DNA of 26,110 nt from a virus (taxonomy: Duplodnaviria > Caudoviricetes), in the IMG/VR virus record IMGVR_UViG_3300023241_000014, positions 1-26,110 of that record; one strand, written 5' to 3'. The notes beneath the pieces are model-generated. The model did not search any database. It was not told the origin of the DNA and saw only the letters and a list, made by a program, of their open reading frames with translations. This document shows, piece after piece, positions 8,149 to 16,213 of the stretch (its first letter is position 1; each line of letters starts with the position of its first letter). The position numbers and the translations under genes were made by a program.

Positions 8149-8189
8149 CGTGGTCATTCCAGAGACCAGATATAGGGAAGTGCGATGCG

Positions 8190-8266
8190 AGAAATATATT
8201 CTGTGGAAATATTGTCAAGTAATTAAAGTTTTTCCTTGACTGATATTCAAGTGGAAATATCTTTTG
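8190..8266. promoter_or_regulatory. back-to-back promoters with repeated operator-like sites
   Basis: leftward TTGACA 8218-8213; rightward TTGACT 8236-8241 with TATCTT at 16 bp; CTTGA-N7-TCAAG 8235-8251; GTGGAAATAT twice (8203, 8251). Confidence 0.6.
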
Positions 8267-8288
8267 TTCAGATAAATAGGAGGTGATT

Positions 8289-8449
8289 ATGGATAATAAG
8301 ATTGCAGGAATAAAAATAACAGAGGAGGAAGTGTGAAAGTGAAATTTATATGTCCAGTATGCGGATATTGTGAGCATTTAGTTACGCATTTTGAGGAGTG
8401 CCAGGGGTGGGAGAACAAAGGAGTAAAAGATGTATCTGAAGAATTATGA
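8289..8449 (+). CDS. two coupled mini-ORFs: 8289-8336 (15 aa) and 8333-8449 (38 aa, CPVC motif)
   Basis: AGGAGGTG and GAGGAGG RBSs; GTGA overlap. Confidence 0.5.
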
Positions 8450-8900
8450 TTTGAGTGAGAAAAGAGTTGCAGATGATGTGGCTATTAGAGTATGGAGTAT
8501 TCTGCTTGGCACTACACCTTATGAAAATATTGTTGTTTTCAGAGCTAAGGAATTAATTACAGTTACTATGGGGAAATATGCTATTGAAATATGGAACAAT
8601 GGAATTATAGTCCTAATTGTATCAGGTGATATAGTCAGACTGTGTCGCAACAATGAAGCTAACCACATTCTCCTCGAAACCCAGTGGATAGACCCGAAAG
8701 TGGAATTACCTGAAGATGAGAATGAAAAAGTAATAATTAAATATTCAGATGATGACAATATATTTATTATTACTGGCTTTCTTTGGAAAACAAACAAGAA
8801 ATATCTCGCTGTTGGCAGTGCAGAAGATGAATTGTTTAATACTGAATATGATAAAATGGATATTATCGGCTGGTTACCAGCTGAAAACGTGGTAATGTAG
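8430..8900 (+). CDS. hypothetical protein with a DUF551-like C-terminus
   Basis: WIDPKVELPE...IIGWLP; paralogue of 9145-9618. Confidence 0.7.
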   Translation: MYLKNYDLSEKRVADDVAIRVWSILLGTTPYENIVVFRAKELITVTMGKYAIEIWNNGIIVLIVSGDIVRLCRNNEANHILLETQWIDPKVELPEDENEKVIIKYSDDDNIFIITGFLWKTNKKYLAVGSAEDELFNTEYDKMDIIGWLPAENVVM

Positions 8901-8908
8901 GAGAAAAT

Positions 8909-9148
8909 ATGTTAAAGAAATATGAATTAGTGCAAGCAGTTGATAGTAAAGAGTTTTCTGATAAAATAGAAGCTCTTGAAGAAAAAGGATATGTTCGACA
9001 AGGAGGTATGATAATGAAAGTTGAAATGGTATATCCGGTTCCTGGAGAAACTAATATATTTGAATATGGGTATCTACTTAATCAGATGATGAGATATGAA
9101 CCAAACGATTTACCGTTTATTAAATCAAGTAATAAGGAGAAAATATGA
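8909..9148 (+). CDS. small phage protein, DUF1737-like
   Basis: KYELVQA..FSDKIEALEEKGYVRQGG..QMM pattern. Confidence 0.6.
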   Translation: MLKKYELVQAVDSKEFSDKIEALEEKGYVRQGGMIMKVEMVYPVPGETNIFEYGYLLNQMMRYEPNDLPFIKSSNKEKI

Positions 9149-9618
9149 TAATTAAAGAATATGATTTAAGTGAAGGCATAGTTTCTGATGAGAAATTAGG
9201 CAAATGGTTTGGAGAAGCCGGTTTTGGCACAGCAACCATTATTACCAGAGAGAATGTTGATGGAGTAGCTGTTATTCATGTCGCAAACAGTAGATATAGT
9301 ATGCAGATTAATAGCAGATGTAATTTATTTACATGTATGGGTGTAAATATTGGTGCTGATACATGGGGAGTTATCCACCCTGAAAATGAAGTCCAACTTA
9401 TGGAAGAGCTATTCAATTCCCAGTGGTGTGATACTAAAACTGATCCTCCAGAAATAAGGGATGAAGTAATCCTTAAACTTAGTAACCGTGACATAGTACA
9501 TGCAAGATGTCTTGGAATGAGATTTAGCAAAAATACTGTTTATTTTGGAGGCGCTTCAAGACATTACGATGTTAATTTAGTATCGTGCTGGATGCCAGCA
9601 GATAACGTGGTTTTATAA
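9145..9618 (+). CDS. hypothetical protein with a DUF551-like C-terminus
   Basis: WCDTKTDPPE...VSCWMP; paralogue of 8430-8900. Confidence 0.7.
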   Translation: MIIKEYDLSEGIVSDEKLGKWFGEAGFGTATIITRENVDGVAVIHVANSRYSMQINSRCNLFTCMGVNIGADTWGVIHPENEVQLMEELFNSQWCDTKTDPPEIRDEVILKLSNRDIVHARCLGMRFSKNTVYFGGASRHYDVNLVSCWMPADNVVL

Positions 9619-9630
9619 AGGAGTAGAAAA

Positions 9631-10269
9631 ATGAATAAACAGGAATGGGTTAAATTACTAAAAACTGATGTGAAAATGTTTAATGAGACAAGGGAAGAAA
9701 TGATAGACCTGAGAGGTGCAGACTTGAGCTATGCAGACCTGAGAGGTGCAGACCTGAGAGGTGCAAACCTGAGATATGCAGACCTGAGCTATGCAGACCT
9801 GAGAGGTGCAGACCTGAGAGGTGCAGAAGATAGTGGTGGCTTTACACCCATTGTTTCTGATTTACTTGAGACGCTTAAAAAGCTAAAGGACTCCCCTTTG
9901 TTCAGAAAGCTAGAGCCTAACAGGATGGTGCTATTCGCTGATTTATATGCACATTATACTGGTGATATTAAAGAAGTCGGCAAGGACTATACTGATGAGG
10001 TAGAAAAGGTAGTTGAGACTATTAAGGAATTATTAAGTTCTGAATGCAGAGGGCAATATGTTTTGCTTGTTAGTACTCGGTTCAATAAGTATTTCAAAAC
10101 CCATTTTGCAAAGATTGATAATAATATAACAATGCCGGAGCCATCAAAGTATCGTTCCATATTTGGTGTTGATATAATAGAGATACCATATTATTTTTGT
10201 GGGTACAGGCTGATAACAAGGCTTGAATATCATAATTTCTTTATGCAAGAATATAGGAGTCCGAAATGA
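9631..10269 (+). CDS. pentapeptide-repeat N-terminus fused to an unrelated C-terminal region
   Basis: 8 A(D/N)Lxx-type units, then an abrupt switch at AEDSGG. Confidence 0.8.
   Translation: MNKQEWVKLLKTDVKMFNETREEMIDLRGADLSYADLRGADLRGANLRYADLSYADLRGADLRGAEDSGGFTPIVSDLLETLKKLKDSPLFRKLEPNRMVLFADLYAHYTGDIKEVGKDYTDEVEKVVETIKELLSSECRGQYVLLVSTRFNKYFKTHFAKIDNNITMPEPSKYRSIFGVDIIEIPYYFCGYRLITRLEYHNFFMQEYRSPK
9703..9822 (+). repeat. 15-bp coding tandem repeat, 8 units
   Basis: GCAGACCTGAGAGGT / GCAGACCTGAGCTAT variants. Confidence 0.95.
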
Positions 10270-10370
10270 AACAACGATTCAAAATACCAGGAAAACCAGT
10301 CAGCAAGAACGGAGATAAAAGCAGGTACGTGAAGTATGCAGTATCAATGACCGGAAGGAGTAGAAAATGA
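10266..10370 (+). pseudogene. 34-aa mini-ORF beginning like a RusA-family gene
   Basis: [16 protein letters not shown] resembles IWIPGKPVPQGR of the RusA at 11962; ATGA-coupled at both ends. Confidence 0.5.
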
Positions 10371-10984
10371 CAAAGCAAGAATGGATTGAATTATTAAAAA
10401 CGGATGTAGATAAGTTTAATGAGACAAGGGAAGAAATGATAGACTTGAGCTGTGCAAACTTGAGCCATGCAGACTTGAGCTATGCAGACCTGAGAAATGC
10501 AAACTTGAGCTATGCAGACCTGAGCTATGCAGACCTGAGAGGTGCAAACCTGAAAGATGCAGACCTGAAAGATGCAAACCTGAAAGATGCAAACCTGAGA
10601 TATGCAGACCTGAGCTATGCAGACCTGAGAAATGCAAACTTGAGCTATGCAAACTTGAGCCGTGCAGACCTGAGCGATGCAGACTTGAGCTATGCAGACC
10701 TGAAAGATGCAAACCTGAGATATGCAGACCTGAGCTATGCAGACTTTGATTTTTCTTCATTCCCGTTATGGTGCGGGAGTTTTAATTTCAAAGCAGATAT
10801 GAGGTTAGTATATCAGCTTTGTTATCATATTTGCAGGCTGAATATTATAAACCAAAATGGAAAGGAATCTAGAACTGGCAGAATTGTTCAAAAGCTACTC
10901 ATGCCTTATGCGAATAAATTTCATAGAGTTAAGGAATGTGGGACAATAAAATATGATAAAGTTATCAAAGTAGTTGGGAAATGA
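10367..10984 (+). CDS. pentapeptide-repeat protein
   Basis: ~21 pentapeptide units, then [18 protein letters not shown] tail typical of phage pentapeptide proteins. Confidence 0.92.
   Translation: MTKQEWIELLKTDVDKFNETREEMIDLSCANLSHADLSYADLRNANLSYADLSYADLRGANLKDADLKDANLKDANLRYADLSYADLRNANLSYANLSRADLSDADLSYADLKDANLRYADLSYADFDFSSFPLWCGSFNFKADMRLVYQLCYHICRLNIINQNGKESRTGRIVQKLLMPYANKFHRVKECGTIKYDKVIKVVGK
10439..10753 (+). repeat. 15-bp coding tandem repeat, ~21 units
   Basis: GCA(G/A)AC(C/T)TGA.. units. Confidence 0.95.
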
Positions 10985-11412
10985 AAAAGTTCGGTTATAA
11001 AGTGTCGAAGGATTATGAGAAGCTGAAAGATATTATATTTAATCATGGTTTTGACAAAATAATAGTTGGGTTTATTAATGATAAGCAAGGTGACAAGCAG
11101 GTAGTAAAAATTTATCATAGTTTAACTATATGTGACAAAAATAGCGGTGCAAATGTAATCGGCTGTAATTATAACTTATTTTTACTAAAAAAAGATTTTA
11201 TTGCTGCATGTAAAAGATGGAACCTCACCTTTATCGACCCTGACCCTGAAACCTGTGAATATCTTAGAGATGAAGATGATGAGTTTGATAATGATTGGTG
11301 GTGCTCTAAGTGTAATTTAATTTGGACATTAAATGATGGCACGCCTAAAGATAACGGAATGGAGTATTGCCCGAAATGTGGCAGAAAGATAATTTACAAG
11401 GAGGGGAAATGA
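10981..11412 (+). CDS. hypothetical protein with a C-terminal zinc ribbon
   Basis: CSKC...YCPKCGRKI. Confidence 0.75.
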   Translation: MKKFGYKVSKDYEKLKDIIFNHGFDKIIVGFINDKQGDKQVVKIYHSLTICDKNSGANVIGCNYNLFLLKKDFIAACKRWNLTFIDPDPETCEYLRDEDDEFDNDWWCSKCNLIWTLNDGTPKDNGMEYCPKCGRKIIYKEGK

Positions 11413-11675
11413 GTATGAAACCTGATTTTGAGTTAGATCAAGTAAGGTTATTTAATTGTGACTGCATGGATTTCATGGCAGAAATACCTGATAAGCACTA
11501 CGAGTTAGCCATAATAGACACCCCGTATGGTATTGGTGCTGGGAATATGGTAATGGGTAAGGGTAAAAATAAAAAGTGGGGCAATGATAAGGATTGGGAT
11601 AACAATACTCCCGACAATAGTTATTTTGCAGTATTACCGATGAGGAGTGCATCGCAGAGGGGATTAAGGCTATAG
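11409..11675 (+). pseudogene. N-terminal fragment of a beta-class N6/N4 DNA methyltransferase
   Basis: LFNCDCMDFMAEIPDKHYELAIIDTPYGI (DPPY changed to DTPY), WDNNTPDNSYF, then similarity ends at ~11630; no SAM-binding motif. Confidence 0.8.
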
Positions 11676-11965
11676 GTATGCACATGTCGTCAATAGAAAC
11701 CCCTTTTTGGAAACTTTATAGCGGGATAAGGGCGGTGACTAAATCTCCCATAGTGAGCTTTGTGTCTCTCTGGGACTCGATCAACGCCAAGAAAGAAGGT
11801 TGTTCATGGAAAGACAACCCTTATATCTGGATGCCTAAGTTCAAGGTTCTCAGCACTACGCTTGAGGAAACGCAGAAATTGATAGAGGGGATGGATTTAA
11901 TAAAGGGGCACTGTTTTGATAAATCCGGTCACGATATGGGTGATCCGAGCGATATGTTATTATGA
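11621..11965 (+). pseudogene. C-terminal fragment of a phage ASCH/PUA-like protein
   Basis: frame opens after TAG 11618-11620: SITDEECIAEGI...FVSLWDSINAK...WKDNPYIW; N-terminal half absent. Confidence 0.7.
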
Positions 11966-12519
11966 AAGAAGCTATAAAAGAAGTTTTAATCTGGATTCCA
12001 GGTAAGCCCGTTCCGCAGGGAAGGTACAGGACGAGCTCATTCCTTGTAAATTTGAGAGCATTACTGGCATCAAGGGGTAAAGTCAAACCGATTATTCAGA
12101 CCACGCAATATACCCCTAAAGAGACCACGGAGTTTAAGAAGAAGGTCAAAATCTCCTATATGAAGGATTACAAAACCATGTTGGAAGGAGATGCTTTCTG
12201 GGTGGATGTATATTCGATGTATGCTCTCGGTGCCTCTGACGTCAATAAGAAAACCGGCAAACCAACTGCGTCCGGCAGGAGAAAACTGTCCGGGGAAACA
12301 ATGAGAACAAGTAAGCCCGATTGTGATAATTTATCCAAGGTGATTTTCGATGCTTTGAACAAGATCGCATTTACCGATGACAGCCACATTGTCTCTACCA
12401 GGCACTATAAATTTTACCATAGAGAGGAGGGAACCATATTGCACATTCGCACACTCGAAGTGTTCCCGGAAGCTATAATTGAAAGAGCTAATGATTTATT
12501 AGAAAGAATAAGGAGTTGA
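11962..12519 (+). CDS. rusA: RusA-family Holliday junction resolvase
   Basis: IPGKPVPQGR; KPDCDNLSKVIFDALN; DDSHIV. Confidence 0.9.
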   Translation: MKEAIKEVLIWIPGKPVPQGRYRTSSFLVNLRALLASRGKVKPIIQTTQYTPKETTEFKKKVKISYMKDYKTMLEGDAFWVDVYSMYALGASDVNKKTGKPTASGRRKLSGETMRTSKPDCDNLSKVIFDALNKIAFTDDSHIVSTRHYKFYHREEGTILHIRTLEVFPEAIIERANDLLERIRS

Positions 12520-12520
12520 A

Positions 12521-12988
12521 ATGGCAGAGTTATATGATGCTCAAGGAAGAGCAATAAAAGGCAAACAGGATGCGTTGATCGGGAAGATGTTTGATGGACT
12601 CATAGTTGAAGTTAATGGGATAAAACATGACTTGGGTGTATTACGGAGTATAGCCCTCACATCAATCCTGAGTATTAATCTGAGCATGTTCGAGATAGCG
12701 TTGAAGCTGGAGATATTTGACAGGGCATTTCTGATCTGCATGGAATATCTGACACTCCCGTTCTCAATTGCTAATGCTCAGGACTTTAACCCGTTTGTGG
12801 AGGCTCGGAAACTGTTACCCAAAGCGAGTTCGGAAGTTGTTCTGGGACACCGTGATAATATAGTCAATTTCCTGAAAGAGAGAGATGGCTATTTCACGAA
12901 GGTGTTGAAAACCAAGCAGTATCAGGACTATAAAGACCTGGTTCAGCGATTGAAAAAGTACGTAGCAATAAAGGAGAAGATAATATGA
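12521..12988 (+). CDS. hypothetical protein
   Basis: AGGAG RBS, operon-packed 155-aa ORF. Confidence 0.7.
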   Translation: MAELYDAQGRAIKGKQDALIGKMFDGLIVEVNGIKHDLGVLRSIALTSILSINLSMFEIALKLEIFDRAFLICMEYLTLPFSIANAQDFNPFVEARKLLPKASSEVVLGHRDNIVNFLKERDGYFTKVLKTKQYQDYKDLVQRLKKYVAIKEKII

Positions 12989-13248
12989 AAGTTATTGTAG
13001 GATTAACCAACAAAAAGACCACGTACCTGAAAGCGTTTAACGACTTACAGAAAAAGAATCCCGACGGTGCTGGAGTAAGTATGGAGGAATGGGCTAAGGC
13101 GTTGGAAGTAACGCCACAAACCTGTTATACTACGCTCAGATGGTGTATTTCAAAGAACTTAATGGAGAAATGCGGTGAATATTATTCTTACAGATATAAG
13201 CTCACCGATAAAGGTAAAGACCTGATCAAAGACTTACAAGAAGGCTAA
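12985..13248 (+). CDS. winged-helix DNA-binding protein
   Basis: SMEEWAKALEVTPQTCYTTL...YKLTDKGK. Confidence 0.75.
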   Translation: MKVIVGLTNKKTTYLKAFNDLQKKNPDGAGVSMEEWAKALEVTPQTCYTTLRWCISKNLMEKCGEYYSYRYKLTDKGKDLIKDLQEG

Positions 13249-13249
13249 A

Positions 13250-13645
13250 TTGTTTGTCCAGAGACTATTTTACACCAGTCATTCCGAAGTCACGGGGATA
13301 TTGGTAAGCAGGGGTAATGTCAATGATAAATATGCCAAAGGATCACTAAAGGTCGAAACATCATCCAAGGGATATGTCAACGTAGCTTATTTTACAGTAA
13401 CCTGCGAGAACGATTATTTTAAGCAATGCTTAATGAGCACCCCAATAGGCTCGCTGGTAAAGGTTTTCACGGAAATGAGACCTAAATCCTGGGTTGATAG
13501 AAAGTCGGGGCAGAACAGGTATTTATTCAACAATGTAGTATTTTACTGGAAAGTTGACCCCAGTGAAATGATCGATGAAACGCCGGGCGGTGAAGAAGAA
13601 GTAGATACCCCGCCCAGTGATGAAGATAGTGATATAACATTCTAA
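13250..13645 (+). CDS. ssb: single-stranded DNA-binding protein (divergent)
   Basis: GSLVKV..EMRPKSWVDRKSGQNRY OB-fold motif; acidic tail ending DSDITF; TTG start. Confidence 0.75.
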   Translation: MFVQRLFYTSHSEVTGILVSRGNVNDKYAKGSLKVETSSKGYVNVAYFTVTCENDYFKQCLMSTPIGSLVKVFTEMRPKSWVDRKSGQNRYLFNNVVFYWKVDPSEMIDETPGGEEEVDTPPSDEDSDITF

Positions 13646-13663
13646 ATCAAACAAGGATGATTT

Positions 13664-14815
13664 ATGAATTTTAAGTTTAACAAAAAGCTGCGAGAGGTAG
13701 CGACCGAAATCTGTAAAAGCATAGTACCCAGAAAGTTTATCTCCATGCCGGTTCTCACCAATGTTCTTTTTGAAGCCAATGAGTCACTGGGTGAGGTTGC
13801 GGTTATTGGAAGTGATGGCAATGTATTTGTCAGATATTGCGTAGAAGCGGAAGTGGGAGAAAGTGGAAAAATCCTTTTCCCCGCAAATATGCTGCTCAAT
13901 TTCTTTGGCAAGGTTCCTGTATCTGATATTGAGTTCAATGCTCAAGACAATGAGTCCATTACGATCTCAATACACAACGTCGAGTATCGGATTTTCAACC
14001 GAGATCATTCCCATTTCCCGAATTTTGATGCGCTAACCGGAGCTCCTTTTGTTCCCCTTCTTAACTTCAAAGCCGAGGCTCTGGCTGATCAATTATGCCA
14101 TGCAGCGTCAACAGACCCAATGCGTCCTCAGCTATGTGGTATAAACCTGCAAATAGGTGAAAACCTTAAGGGGCTGGCTACCAACGGGATTATGATTTCT
14201 ATGCTGGAAATGGAGATCACTCAAAGTGATTTTGCTGTAAATCCGGTGGATATTACCTGTCCTCCATTATTTTTGAAAGCGATCAGTAATCTCCCGAAAG
14301 GGGAAGAGACAACCGGAACTCTTCATGTCTTGGGCAATAAGATTGAATACCGTTGCGGAAATCTCCAGGTAACGTGCAATTTGTTTGAAGGGGAATATCC
14401 GAGAAAAACCCTCAGTAAACTGCCTGAATCGAGTGATAAGCTTTTAACCAGCGATGTCAGATTACTGATCAAAGCGATCGAGACGGCAGAGGTTATGGAC
14501 AAAGCCACTGGCAGGATCGTTTTGAAGCTGGACGAAACCGAATGCTCCGTATCCGCCAGTAGTCTTGACGAAGGCAGAAGCCACATTGAACTTGATCCGG
14601 CATTTCATTTCTATGAAGGTAAAAATATCGAACTGGCAGCAAGAGGTAAATTCCTTAAAACTGCTCTCCGCAGGGTAAATACGGATTTTGCCAAGGTTTA
14701 TGTGAGCAATAGCAAACGCCACAACCCCATAATGATCACAAATCATTACACTGATGATCAAGAGCCCGGTGTGATCACTGTCAGGCATTACGTCATGCCG
14801 ATGAGGATTTCTTGA
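13664..14815 (+). CDS. dnaN: DNA polymerase III beta sliding clamp-like protein
   Basis: 383 aa; MPVLTNVLF, RPQLCGINL, LATNG, EGEYP, C-terminal YVMPMR. Confidence 0.88.
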   Translation: MNFKFNKKLREVATEICKSIVPRKFISMPVLTNVLFEANESLGEVAVIGSDGNVFVRYCVEAEVGESGKILFPANMLLNFFGKVPVSDIEFNAQDNESITISIHNVEYRIFNRDHSHFPNFDALTGAPFVPLLNFKAEALADQLCHAASTDPMRPQLCGINLQIGENLKGLATNGIMISMLEMEITQSDFAVNPVDITCPPLFLKAISNLPKGEETTGTLHVLGNKIEYRCGNLQVTCNLFEGEYPRKTLSKLPESSDKLLTSDVRLLIKAIETAEVMDKATGRIVLKLDETECSVSASSLDEGRSHIELDPAFHFYEGKNIELAARGKFLKTALRRVNTDFAKVYVSNSKRHNPIMITNHYTDDQEPGVITVRHYVMPMRIS

Positions 14816-14896
14816 CAGGGTTACTGCTAAATTAATTATTGGCGTATTAATCTCACATCTATAAGTTGCGGCTTAACGCCAAAACCGAAAGAAAGC

Positions 14897-14930
14897 GGGC
14901 TGGACTTAATCTACCCAGCCCTTTTATTTT
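14897..14930 (+). terminator. intrinsic terminator
   Basis: GGGCTGG / CCAGCCC stem followed by TTTTATTTT. Confidence 0.75.
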
Positions 14931-14948
14931 AACAAATAAGGAGAAAAT

Positions 14949-15464
14949 ATGAATGAAATACCGAGTGTGGTGTTTATCACAAATGTCAAATACAATGTAG
15001 AATTAGTTGATTATGTAATGCTTAAGGACGACGTGATGAACGGGATTATCAGATTCCCGGAAGAGAAGATATATATTTCCAAAAAATATGAGTTCATAAA
15101 AGACAATCAGAATACCATTATGGATCGCACCAGAAGAGATATGTTCAACACCCTGTACCACGAAATCTGGCATCTTTATTGTCATATTATGGGGGCGAGT
15201 GAGGCAGATAAAGAGTTCAATGCGCATATGTTTGCCTATATCATTGATAAATGGAATACCTTGCTGTTGTTTAATCTGTACTCAGATGGAAACAAATTTA
15301 GACCCGAATCTGATCGCATAAAGGACTATCGCTTTGGAAATAACCCTAAAATGCTCAAGGAACTCTTTGAGGTGTTAGTGTTAGATGAAACCAAAGAAGA
15401 AGCGGTTAAAATGCTTATCAAAGACACCGTTTTAAGAACAGTGGGTGATGAGAAACCTTTTTAG
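14949..15464 (+). CDS. HExxH metallopeptidase-like protein (ImmA/IrrE-like fold possible)
   Basis: TLYHEIWH motif with a downstream E; AAGGAG RBS. Confidence 0.7.
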   Translation: MNEIPSVVFITNVKYNVELVDYVMLKDDVMNGIIRFPEEKIYISKKYEFIKDNQNTIMDRTRRDMFNTLYHEIWHLYCHIMGASEADKEFNAHMFAYIIDKWNTLLLFNLYSDGNKFRPESDRIKDYRFGNNPKMLKELFEVLVLDETKEEAVKMLIKDTVLRTVGDEKPF

Positions 15465-15466
15465 AT

Positions 15467-15510
15467 AAAAAGAGGCTGGCAGGGGATATCAAAAACCTGC
15501 CAGCCCTTTA
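15467..15510. terminator. bidirectional terminator between convergent operons
   Basis: GGCTGGCAGG 15474-15483 / CCTGCCAGCC 15496-15505 flanked by A and T runs. Confidence 0.8.
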
Positions 15511-15556
15511 TATAAGGAGGATGCTTATCCTCTCTAAACCAAATTCTATGTCAAGT

Positions 15557-16201
15557 TTATTTATCACCAATTATTTCTTTCATGTCTTTTTCCTTCTCTA
15601 ATCTCTTGATTTGATCCAGCACATTGTATCGGTGTTTTTCTCTCTTACGCAACCTATCATCCTCTTCCTTCCTGTTTTCAAGCTGTCTTTTCTTTACCCC
15701 TTCAAATTTCTTCATAAGCTCTTTGTGCCGTTCTGGGCTGTCGGCTTGTTTTACTTCTGGTAATGGTTTAGTAGATCCGCTTTCGCCCTGCCCTGGTTTA
15801 TGAGCCTGATCCGCATAATAGGACTGTAGATATTGATCAAAGTTCGACTTCCGGTACAGTGTGGAAGGTCTGATGTACTGGCGCATATCGTCATTGTTAT
15901 ACCATTGAGCATATTTTTTATAATGGACTATCTTGAAGTCACTCACGGTCTTTCCCAGCTTGAGCCAATAAACGATCATTGTAGCATAAGTATCGGTCAA
16001 AGTATATCTGGTATCCATTAAGGAATTAAGGTGAGCCAGTACCTCCTGACACTCTTTCTGGAACTTCTTTTTGCCTGCCGTTATGGCTGGTTTTTTGAGA
16101 TTACGCCTGTAGTTCATTAACCAATTACGAAGCTTACGGTCAACCTCTTCTTTGCCCACCATTGTTTTCAATTCTTCGTAGAGTTCCTTTATTGATGACA
16201 T
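15557..16201 (-). CDS. phage replication organiser-type protein (Phg_2220_C-like domain)
   Basis: EVLAHLN...TVSDFKIV..KYAQW..DMRQYIRPSTLY..NFDQYL. Confidence 0.8.
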   Translation of the reverse strand: MSSIKELYEELKTMVGKEEVDRKLRNWLMNYRRNLKKPAITAGKKKFQKECQEVLAHLNSLMDTRYTLTDTYATMIVYWLKLGKTVSDFKIVHYKKYAQWYNNDDMRQYIRPSTLYRKSNFDQYLQSYYADQAHKPGQGESGSTKPLPEVKQADSPERHKELMKKFEGVKKRQLENRKEEDDRLRKREKHRYNVLDQIKRLEKEKDMKEIIGDK

Positions 16202-16213
16202 ATAATTCTCCTT

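Noticed and set aside
9703-10753. CRISPR array or iterons
   Set aside because: Contiguous 15-bp units without spacers, in frame, encoding pentapeptide repeats.
10416-10760. Minus-strand SGLHL-repeat ORF
   Set aside because: Antisense shadow of the pentapeptide gene; no RBS or operon context.
8430-10984. Diversity-generating retroelement TR/VR pair
   Set aside because: No reverse transcriptase in the window, and paralogue differences are not adenine-specific.
13664-14815. Bacterial chromosomal oriC region (dnaN plus DnaA boxes)
   Set aside because: No dnaA, recF or gyrB; the clamp is divergent and surrounded by phage genes.
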